From contig CAWJJO010000012.1 in NCBI GenBank assembly GCA_963843285.1, positions 140,399 through 204,398 of the forward strand: a stretch of 64,000 nt of DNA, read 5' to 3'. A program made the position numbers and the translations under genes. A model generated the notes under the pieces. The model was given only the letters and a program-made list of their open reading frames with translations, had not been told where the DNA came from and made no database searches. Below are positions 54,009-62,047 of the stretch, piece by piece (position 1 is the stretch's first letter; each line of letters opens with the position of its first letter). This DNA is from an uncultured bacterium (GTDB taxonomy: Bacteria; Acidobacteriota; HRBIN11; JAKEFK01).

Positions 54009-54864
54009 ATCCTGCGGTACTTGCCATCTCAGAAATCAGCAACAATATGCAAAGCGAAAGCGCTCTCCATTTGCTATGTTGTGAAAATGGATACCAAACC
54101 ATCCTCCAATAAAACGATGTGGATTCCAATTCCATCGGTTTTTTCTCTCGCCGTGCAAGCTTGCGTCGAAAGAGAAAAGCACCGCGTCCGTAATGAAAGT
54201 GCTGCTGCCAGAAAGTGCGAAAAGATAGCATGTGCCTGTGGTAGATGACAGCTTCGGGAGCATAAATCATTCGATAACCTTGATGACGCCATCGGTCACA
54301 AAAATCACGGTCTTCTGAAGTACGCAGGATCGGATCAAAACCGCCGATCGCATGGAATCGGTCTCGTGGCATGGCCAGGTTATTCGACGCGAAGAAACGC
54401 GCCTTGCTTGAGTCAATATTGTAGTGGGCATATACGAAATCAATAATTGTTTGGCTTGCAGTAGAGAACAAATTGCCGGAAAGTCCGTTGATCGTTCGTC
54501 CACCGATAGCGCAATCCGGTGCATAGGCAAAGCAGGAGGCCAGGCTGGAGAGCCACCCTGGTGCGGGACAACAATCGTCATCCGTGAAGGCCAGATACTC
54601 ACCCTTTGCTCGCGCTGCGCCGGCGTTACGAGCCGCTGCTGGACCGGCGTTTGACTGCGTAATCAGCGTGATGTCGATCTCCTTCGCAAGTGAAGCAACC
54701 ACAGCCTCCGGCGACACATCGCTGCCATCATCCACAACAATGACCTCAAAATTGTCCTTGCCGTAGTCCAAGTCGACTATAGATTGAAGGCAGGCCGCCA
54801 GTTGTTCCCCGTGATTGTGGGTGGGAATTACGACCGAGAAAAAAATCTTCTTCTCGCTGATCAT
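53968..54864 (-). CDS. GT2 glycosyltransferase (paralogue of 56834-57721)
   Basis: FSVVIPTHNHGEQL, VVDDGSD, AGPAAARNAG, LAFTDDDCCPAPGWL, SEDRDFCDRW. The start overlaps the upstream stop (ATGA). Confidence 0.85.
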   Translation of the reverse strand: MISEKKIFFSVVIPTHNHGEQLAACLQSIVDLDYGKDNFEVIVVDDGSDVSPEAVVASLAKEIDITLITQSNAGPAAARNAGAARAKGEYLAFTDDDCCPAPGWLSSLASCFAYAPDCAIGGRTINGLSGNLFSTASQTIIDFVYAHYNIDSSKARFFASNNLAMPRDRFHAIGGFDPILRTSEDRDFCDRWRHQGYRMIYAPEAVIYHRHMLSFRTFWQQHFHYGRGAFLFRRKLARREKKPMELESTSFYWRMVWYPFSQHSKWRALSLCILLLISEMASTAGFMTEWIRQTRRVQ

Positions 54865-56651
54865 AAACCGGAATATGCGCTTCTATTGTAGACCGTGAAA
54901 TTCCCGAATTCTTGAACCGGTTTGTAATTTTCTCTTATATAGTCATCCAGGATTCTCGCGCCTTTATAGTTTCTTCTTTCGAAGTCCTCATCGCCTGTAC
55001 GATTGCTTCGAAGAATCATCCACACAACTTTTCTGTTCTTCAAATCGGTAATCATCTGTCGTTGGATAGATTCTTCCGTGGTAAGTCCGGGTTCCAGCAT
55101 GTAGTGTTTCACACCTGCGTTACGGCCTGTGATCCAGAACAATCTTGTTGGACTCATATACACTCTCGAATGATCGTTCAGGCCAATGTAAATGGCATCT
55201 TCCGGAGTCGTGTGCGCTGCTACGAACCTTGCCGCTTCTAGTTCCTCATTTCCAGGATAAAGGCGGGCGAACGGAGTGGAGGAAAGGTCGGAAGACATCA
55301 AGAAATCGCTATCGCTTCTCCTTCCTAATTCCCTTCTCAATTTCAGGATCTCCCAGCTATTTGAAAGATCTTCGCGGGGATGAGTAACAATTGCTTTCAG
55401 GTGCCAGTAAGTTGGGGATGCGCATAATGCGATAATGAAAACGCCGGCAGAATATTGCGCCATTTTGCTCAGTGTTTGATTGCCCGGATGCTCCTTTTTC
55501 TGAAGCAAATAGGGAATCAGAATAACCGCTACGGGAACCAGAACAGTAAAATGCCCTGCATCCATCCGGCTTAGAAAATAATTCGTAAAAAGTGAATAGA
55601 CTATCAGTGTGGTAAATTCACCCTTCTCCACACGAAAATAGACCACCTCAAGAAGGACCAGAATCGTTGTAGTGATGAGAAAGAATTTAGGAAGAAGGTG
55701 CTGATACTGTGTTCCGAGAACAAAAAGAACAGCAAGGCTTAAAGCTGCAGAGGAAAACGCGACGAAAGCACAACGGTCAAATCTCGAGGTTAACTGCGCG
55801 GAGCGAAGCCCCATCCAGATCAGGGGAAAGACAGCGGAAATGAGACTTCCATAACGGTTCAGTCCTTGAGGTAACGTCAGGATTCGATGTTGTTCGAGAT
55901 TTTGAGATGGAAAGATCAGAATCTGATTCAACACTTCTGTTGCCGAAGTACCATAAGGAATCAGATATGCTAAGAAGCAAAGAAAAACTGGTAACAGAAA
56001 GAAAAGCATCTTTCGGATTCCCTCTGCTCGAGATACTTTAGTTCGTAGAGTCTCGATTGCCAAACCTATTAAGATGGCCATGACGATATATGAACCGAAA
56101 TTCAGTTTGGTCAGGCAGGCCAGGCCGGTCAGAAATCCACTTATGAAAAGGAACAGGATCTCGTGGCTCTTTTTCTGAAGGCTGACGATATAAAGCCACA
56201 GACCAAGAAAAGCAAGGGCGTAGGCGTTCCACCACACGTAGGTAAAAGCATTTGCCATTAAGATGGTGGAGATCAACGCGAAATTTAAACTAAATAGGCT
56301 TCCCCGAGAGACAAAGGCCTGAAAACCAAAATACAGGCAGATCACCAGGAGAGTATAAAGAAATTCCTGCAGGAGCCTTGCTGAAATTGCAGAGGGTCCG
56401 AGCCAGGAAAATACAAAGGAAATCAGATAATAATTCAAAGCGGGATACATGGACCAGAAGTCAATGTGCGGACTAAAGCCTCTGGAAATCAGGAATGCTC
56501 CCGTGAGTGGTATTGACTCATCGAGGCTCTCAACTTTTGCCAAGAGAAAGTGACAGAAAGAAAGCAAAAGATAAGAAATAAGAACAGCAAGACTTACAAT
56601 TGCAAAGAGCTTGCTCGAAATCGATTTTGGAGCGAATTGCACGGTTGACAA
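54861..56651 (-). CDS. GT-C fold membrane glycosyltransferase (ArnT/PMT-like)
   Basis: 596 aa. The first loop is VESLDESIPLTGAFLISRGFSPHIDFWSMYPALNYYL. About 12 TM segments plus a C-terminal soluble domain of about 190 aa. Confidence 0.5.
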   Translation of the reverse strand: MSTVQFAPKSISSKLFAIVSLAVLISYLLLSFCHFLLAKVESLDESIPLTGAFLISRGFSPHIDFWSMYPALNYYLISFVFSWLGPSAISARLLQEFLYTLLVICLYFGFQAFVSRGSLFSLNFALISTILMANAFTYVWWNAYALAFLGLWLYIVSLQKKSHEILFLFISGFLTGLACLTKLNFGSYIVMAILIGLAIETLRTKVSRAEGIRKMLFFLLPVFLCFLAYLIPYGTSATEVLNQILIFPSQNLEQHRILTLPQGLNRYGSLISAVFPLIWMGLRSAQLTSRFDRCAFVAFSSAALSLAVLFVLGTQYQHLLPKFFLITTTILVLLEVVYFRVEKGEFTTLIVYSLFTNYFLSRMDAGHFTVLVPVAVILIPYLLQKKEHPGNQTLSKMAQYSAGVFIIALCASPTYWHLKAIVTHPREDLSNSWEILKLRRELGRRSDSDFLMSSDLSSTPFARLYPGNEELEAARFVAAHTTPEDAIYIGLNDHSRVYMSPTRLFWITGRNAGVKHYMLEPGLTTEESIQRQMITDLKNRKVVWMILRSNRTGDEDFERRNYKGARILDDYIRENYKPVQEFGNFTVYNRSAYSGL

Positions 56652-56833
56652 GGCCCTATTCTATAGCAAAAAAAGCTCTACACGAGAACCAGTGATGCAA
56701 TTGTCACGACCAGCGAGGCGGCAAAACGGTTGTCATATTCCCGGCAGGAAGTAGATGTCGACAAGATGATACAGATGTATCGCGCTCTGATAGAATAAGC
56801 ATCTGTTATCGTCCGGAAACACTGCCGCCGCTA

Positions 56834-57721
56834 ATGGAAAAATATCCACCTACGTTTTCGGTTATTGTTCCCACCTATGGAAGGCATAGACAATTAGGCT
56901 CGTGCCTTCAGGCTTTGGCACAGCTCGACTACCCCCGCGAATTCTTTGAGGTAATTATCGTTGATGACGGCAGCGAAATTTCGGCCGAATCGAGCCTCGA
57001 GTCGTTTCGAGACAAAATTGATATTCAATTTGTCAGACAGGATCATGCCGGGCCCGCAACCGCGCGAAACAGGGGCGCGCAACATGCGAAAAAGGAATTT
57101 CTCGCCTTTACCGATGACGACTGTGCGCCTGCGTCTGATTGGTTGAGGAAGCTGGCCTCCCGCTTTCAAGAGTTACCGGATCATGGCATCGGAGGGCGAA
57201 TTCTGAATTCACTTACGAAGAACCTTTATTCTTCCGCCGGCCAATTGCTGACCGATTACCTGTACGCTTATTACCATGATTCCACAGGGAATGTTCGTTT
57301 CTTCGCATCCAATAACCTCGCTTTTCCTGCGAAACGATTCCGGGAAATTGGCGGCTTTGACCAGAGTTTCCCTTTGCCGGCAGCCGAGGATCGCGAGTTG
57401 TGTGACCGTTGGCTCCGCAAGGGTTACAGTTTGACGTATGCGCCGGATGTTGTCGTTTATCATAGCCATGATCTAACGTTTCGGACTTTTTGGAGGCAAC
57501 ACTTCAATTACGGGCGCGGCGCTTTGTTCTTTCAGCAAATCCGGCCGGAACCAACTCGCGTCGAGCCATTATCGTTTTATCTGAAGTTGCTGCAATATCC
57601 TTTTCGCCAATCCAGCAGGCATGGATTGATGCTTTCGGCATTGCTGGCTCTTTCGCAAGTAGCTAACGCAACCGGTTTTTTTTGGGAGAAGAAATCTGGA
57701 AGGAACCCCGGACGCGGATGA
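56834..57721 (+). CDS. GT2 glycosyltransferase (paralogue of 53968-54864)
   Basis: FSVIVPTYGRHRQL, IVDDGSE, AGPATARNRG, LAFTDDDCAPASDWL, AEDRELCDRW. Collinear with 53968-54864. Confidence 0.85.
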   Translation: MEKYPPTFSVIVPTYGRHRQLGSCLQALAQLDYPREFFEVIIVDDGSEISAESSLESFRDKIDIQFVRQDHAGPATARNRGAQHAKKEFLAFTDDDCAPASDWLRKLASRFQELPDHGIGGRILNSLTKNLYSSAGQLLTDYLYAYYHDSTGNVRFFASNNLAFPAKRFREIGGFDQSFPLPAAEDRELCDRWLRKGYSLTYAPDVVVYHSHDLTFRTFWRQHFNYGRGALFFQQIRPEPTRVEPLSFYLKLLQYPFRQSSRHGLMLSALLALSQVANATGFFWEKKSGRNPGRG

Positions 57722-57747
57722 AAGGTGGAGGGCATCCGTCCATCACA

Positions 57748-59322
57748 TTACGCATGAAAATTGGAGCTCAAAATATAATCGCAGGCTCGTAAGGCAAGAG
57801 CCATCGTAGTCAGGGTGGGGTTCTGAAAACTGATCGTGGGAAAACAGGAGGAATCAACAACAAATAGGTTGGGAATCTCCCACATCTGATTGTGTCCATT
57901 GAGCACAGATTCTTTTTCGGTTCGCCCCATCCGCACTCCACCGCTTTCATGAATGGCACTTCCAGGCACCGGGCGATCACTAATGATTCCGGTACGGCGA
58001 ACGAAAGCGGAAAGCATGCGAATCGGCAGCGGCAAGAATTCGCGTGATCTGGAAAATCCTGCTGCATCCGCAAGTTCTTGCATAGTCCGGACAGCATCCG
58101 CACACAAAGCTTTTTCATTCTCTGAATACGAGCATTCAATGTGCGCCGCGGGTATTCCCCACCTATCTTTTACCTTCCGGTTCAACGTAACCCGGTTCTC
58201 TTTTTTCGGCAGCATTTCACCGACCGCTGCAAGTGACCAGAACATTCCGGCTCGCCCCAGAGATCCCTGAATCCCGTAGGTACCCCGGAAACCGCCATCC
58301 TCAAACTGGCGTTTTCTGATTCGTGGCAGGTACACCCCCATATCCGAGGAGAGATTAAACCAATTCGGAGCTATGTGACTGCTTTCAGTCGTGGATCCAA
58401 TTTGCCAAACGCTGATATGATCCATGACGTAACAACCGAGAACTCCGGATGAATTTCCCAGTCCGCCTGGATGCTTTCCTGAAGAAAAGTTTAGCAAAAT
58501 CCGGATCGTTTCAATCGTGGACGCACAACAGACTACAACGTCGCTATAGAAATTGAGGCGTGTACCGGCAAGGCAGTCAACGCAGGATACGCCTACTGCG
58601 CGCTTTTCTTCCGGATCCATCAGTATGGAATCGACCGCCATGGATGGCCTCAACTCCGCGCGTCCGGTTTCGAGGGCGCTCTGCAGCATAGGAGATACCG
58701 GACCGCAAGGATAACCCAGAACCCGGATTGGAATCACAACTCTACCGGGCCACTTTTTCTCAACAGAAACCTTAAAATGATGTTCTGTTGGAGTAATCTC
58801 ATGATTTCTTACGTAGTGTCCATCCGGCAATCCATCGATGCCGTCTTTTTGGCCTTCCAGCATCAAGAATTCTTCGATGCGACCGTAATGGGTCTCAAGA
58901 TCGCTATAGGAAATCGGCCAGGCTGCGCCGTCTTCCGCTTCGTATTGAAAGTCTTCCGGCGCGAATCTGAGAGCGAGTCGTCCCCAGGTATGACCTCTGC
59001 CGCCTACCTGTCTGCCACGGAACCATCGAAATGGCTTCTCTTTCGGGAATGTGTACGGGTTTTGCCTTTCATCGACATAGAAGTGTTGCGTTGCGGAATT
59101 CAATACGGCGGCGCTGGCGATTCGCCGATGGCCACCCAAAAGGAAGCCTGCCCGCTGGACAATGCCGTCTTTTGGAGTTCGAACAAAGTCGGCTTCCTTC
59201 ATCACCGGGCCAGCCTCCAGAATCAATACACGAAGCCCTCCTTCCGATAAACCTTTGGCCATCCATTCTCCATTCAATCCGGCTCCAATTACGATTGCGT
59301 CGTAGTGATTGTGTTTATTCAT
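57748..59322 (-). CDS. GMC-family FAD oxidoreductase (divergent fourth copy)
   Basis: 524 aa. YDAIVIGAGLNGEWMAKGL..VLILEAGP. C-terminal NLFVVDSSCFPTISFQNPTLTTMALALRA. The start overlaps the upstream GT2 gene by 8 nt. Confidence 0.85.
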   Translation of the reverse strand: MNKHNHYDAIVIGAGLNGEWMAKGLSEGGLRVLILEAGPVMKEADFVRTPKDGIVQRAGFLLGGHRRIASAAVLNSATQHFYVDERQNPYTFPKEKPFRWFRGRQVGGRGHTWGRLALRFAPEDFQYEAEDGAAWPISYSDLETHYGRIEEFLMLEGQKDGIDGLPDGHYVRNHEITPTEHHFKVSVEKKWPGRVVIPIRVLGYPCGPVSPMLQSALETGRAELRPSMAVDSILMDPEEKRAVGVSCVDCLAGTRLNFYSDVVVCCASTIETIRILLNFSSGKHPGGLGNSSGVLGCYVMDHISVWQIGSTTESSHIAPNWFNLSSDMGVYLPRIRKRQFEDGGFRGTYGIQGSLGRAGMFWSLAAVGEMLPKKENRVTLNRKVKDRWGIPAAHIECSYSENEKALCADAVRTMQELADAAGFSRSREFLPLPIRMLSAFVRRTGIISDRPVPGSAIHESGGVRMGRTEKESVLNGHNQMWEIPNLFVVDSSCFPTISFQNPTLTTMALALRACDYILSSNFHA

Positions 59323-60250
59323 TGATTGGACCTACAGAACTTAGTTGAGCTTGAATTCTTCTCCCCTGCTCCAGATCAAAAATCCTGAATTTTGCAAGAC
59401 TCCATTTCTGCAGACGATAACTCAAAGAAACTCTAAGTACTCCGAAGCCGTATTTCACGCTTCGCTTAAAACTGATGCTGCTGGCCTCTTTATGATACTT
59501 TGCCGGACAACTTACTTCTCCAATTTCATACCCGGCGTATGCAATCTGGGCCAATATTTCGTTATCAAACACAAAGTCATCCGAGTTTTCTTCCAGCGGA
59601 AGCTTTAAGAGAATCTCTTTGTCAAAAGCCCTGTACCCTGTGTGGTATTCGGCCAGCTTCTGGTTCAACAGGATGTTTTGAAAAAGGGTGAGCAGCCGAT
59701 TCGATACATACTTGTAAAACGGCATGCCTCCTTTTAATGCACCCTTTCCGAGGATTCTAGATCCCAACATTGCGGCAAATAGGCCTCGGACAACCGGATA
59801 CACCATGGCCTCCATTAACAATGGAGTATATTGATAATCCGGGTGCAACATGACTACAATGTCTGCTCCTGCTGCTAAAGCTTCGCGGTAACAGGTTTTC
59901 TGGTTGCCACCATAACCCCGGTTCTTTTCGTGACGGATTATTTTTTGTATCCCAAGCTTTTTTGCCAGCTCCACCGTGTCATCGAGAGAGAAATCATCCA
60001 CCAGTATGATTTCGTCCACAATATCAAACGGAATCTGTCGATAGGTAAGTTCCAGAGTTCTTTCGGCGTTGTAGGCCGGCATCACAACGATGATTTTCTT
60101 TCCCTCAATCATTGAAAAATATGCTCGATCGATTGCTTTTCCACCAGACAAGATAACAACAAATAGACCGACAAGCCGTTCAACAAGTTTCTGCACCGCA
60201 AAACGTCTGTCACAGCGAAACCTTGCTTCAGAATACCACTGAATACGCAT
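59315..60250 (-). CDS. GT2 glycosyltransferase, DPM1/GtrB-like
   Basis: KIIVVMPAYNAERTL, LVDDFSLDDT, NRGYGGNQK, VMLHPDYQYTP. The core domain starts at MIEGKK (60112). The longer ORF from 60250 adds a possible N-terminal hydrophobic segment. Confidence 0.8.
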   Translation of the reverse strand: MRIQWYSEARFRCDRRFAVQKLVERLVGLFVVILSGGKAIDRAYFSMIEGKKIIVVMPAYNAERTLELTYRQIPFDIVDEIILVDDFSLDDTVELAKKLGIQKIIRHEKNRGYGGNQKTCYREALAAGADIVVMLHPDYQYTPLLMEAMVYPVVRGLFAAMLGSRILGKGALKGGMPFYKYVSNRLLTLFQNILLNQKLAEYHTGYRAFDKEILLKLPLEENSDDFVFDNEILAQIAYAGYEIGEVSCPAKYHKEASSISFKRSVKYGFGVLRVSLSYRLQKWSLAKFRIFDLEQGRRIQAQLSSVGPINE

Positions 60251-60304
60251 CGGTCTTCATCGGGACTTCATATTCACCAGGCACTCCTGGTGTAGTATTA
60301 ACAC

Positions 60305-61219
60305 ATGCCGAAGACAAGAATTGCACTCCTGATTCCCTGTTACAACGAGGAAATCACGATCGGCGAAGTGGTGCAAAGTTTCCGGAATCAGTTGCCCGAT
60401 GCAGCCGTGTACGTGTTTGATAACAACTCTTCGGATGGCACCATGGAAAGAGCGACGGAAGCGGGGGCCACCGTGCTGCTGGAGCGCAGACAGGGAAAGG
60501 GATACGTGGTTCAATCGATGTTCCGGCTGGTGGAAGCTGATGTTTATGTCATGGTAGATGGCGATGGAACATATCCGGCAGAAGCTGTGCACAAAATTCT
60601 CGCGCCCGTATTGAGCGGAGAAGCGGACATGGTTGTTGGATCGCGGCTCCACCCGGAATCACAAAGCCAATTCAAGACGCTCAACCGCTTCGGCAATCGT
60701 TGTATCACAACGCTATTGCGCCGCATCTTCCATGTGAAGCTCACAGACATCCTTTCCGGCTATCGCGCATTTAACCGCGATTTCGTTAAAGGAATTCCGC
60801 TGTTTGGCGGAGGTTTTGAGATCGAAACAGAGCTGACCATCAAAGCGCTCGAACGCGGCTACCGGATGGTTGAAGTGCCGATCGATCTGACATCGCGTCC
60901 TGCAGGCTCACAATCTAAAATTCGTTTGGTACGCGATGGGTTTCTGATTCTCAACACGATCCTGGCTTTTTTTCGCGATTACAAACCGCTCACCTTTTTT
61001 GGTTTCACCGGTCTGGCTCTTGCGATCACAGGAATTGTGCTGAGTGTGTTTTTTTCCACGTCCGCGTTGTACCTGGCGCTTGTGCTTTCGGGTTTGCTTC
61101 TGATGATTGCCGGACTGATCCTGCATACAATCGTGCGACGCTTCCAGGAGCTCGATCACCAGATCCGGGTCCAAAAACCACCGCTATTGTCTCAGGAAAC
61201 GGACCGAAACAAACGATAA
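60305..61219 (+). CDS. GT2 polyprenyl-phosphate glycosyltransferase (GtrB/ArnC-like) with two C-terminal TM helices
   Basis: IALLIPCYNEEITI, VFDNNSSDGT, VMVDGDGTYPA, LSGYRAF, then the TM segments LTFFGFTGLALAITGIVLSVFF and LYLALVLSGLLLMIAGLIL. Confidence 0.85.
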   Translation: MPKTRIALLIPCYNEEITIGEVVQSFRNQLPDAAVYVFDNNSSDGTMERATEAGATVLLERRQGKGYVVQSMFRLVEADVYVMVDGDGTYPAEAVHKILAPVLSGEADMVVGSRLHPESQSQFKTLNRFGNRCITTLLRRIFHVKLTDILSGYRAFNRDFVKGIPLFGGGFEIETELTIKALERGYRMVEVPIDLTSRPAGSQSKIRLVRDGFLILNTILAFFRDYKPLTFFGFTGLALAITGIVLSVFFSTSALYLALVLSGLLLMIAGLILHTIVRRFQELDHQIRVQKPPLLSQETDRNKR

Positions 61220-62047
61220 TCCCAGGTTGCGGCGATCCGCCTTTGATTTGATCGGTACAAAAGTTTGCGAACGGATTAACAGACTGTGAATTTCTGGAAT
61301 CTCCTTCCCGTCAACCTGAAAATGATACTCACCTGCCTCACTCTTCAGCAAAGTTGCAGCAGTTGTGCCATTTATAATCAATTCCGGGTTTCCGCCGCCC
61401 GCCGGAAATCTTTTGATCGTTGACAGGATCAGCGTCGTGTCCTTTCCTTCCGTGTGAAACGTAAAGTCAGTGATCTCACTGGCCCCTGTAGTCCACCGCC
61501 ACCCCCTTTCCTGCGAATAGAAGTTCAGAAATGTCACATCCTGATCATCAAAACGAATTCCACTCTTTTCAGGCGGGGCTTCCTTCTCAGAGATCCGATA
61601 AACATCCAGATTCATGGAACTGTTTTGGGGGGGATCAGGAAACGAATCTTGATTTACCTTAGGAATATACACAAAGGAAATGTGAAAACCTGTTCGTTTT
61701 TCGACACGAAAAATCCTCTGCGACTTCAACGCTGTGAGACTGGAAGGGTCCAGGATCGCAAAAAGAGGTCTTCGTTGACGCTTCAAATAGGAATCAACGA
61801 TCGCTTTGAATCGGGGAGATAGTTGCCGATCAAAAGGCAATAGTAGCACATCGCGATCTAGAAAATACTGAAGCGGCGTCTCCAGGTGAATCCCTGCATA
61901 ATTATCGGCAACCAGAAGTAGCGCATTCGCCGGGACATGATCGTCCAGAGTCTTCGTCTGCGCAAGTACATCTTTATATAGCCGCTGCGCCAGTAGATCG
62001 TAAGAGTTAGTAATAAAGACGCACGCAATCGCACCAACAAAAATCAC
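61184..62047 (-). CDS. Soluble (probably extracytoplasmic) domain protein. Likely the C-terminal part of the 62007-63761 membrane protein, or a separate overlapping gene.
   Basis: 287 aa from a GTG start. The short N-terminal hydrophobic stretch IFVGAIACVFI becomes a full TM segment (IDFLFVIFVGAIACVFI) only if the frame is extended upstream, where it meets a stop at about 62099. Confidence 0.45.
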   Translation of the reverse strand: MIFVGAIACVFITNSYDLLAQRLYKDVLAQTKTLDDHVPANALLLVADNYAGIHLETPLQYFLDRDVLLLPFDRQLSPRFKAIVDSYLKRQRRPLFAILDPSSLTALKSQRIFRVEKRTGFHISFVYIPKVNQDSFPDPPQNSSMNLDVYRISEKEAPPEKSGIRFDDQDVTFLNFYSQERGWRWTTGASEITDFTFHTEGKDTTLILSTIKRFPAGGGNPELIINGTTAATLLKSEAGEYHFQVDGKEIPEIHSLLIRSQTFVPIKSKADRRNLGLSFVSVRFLRQ

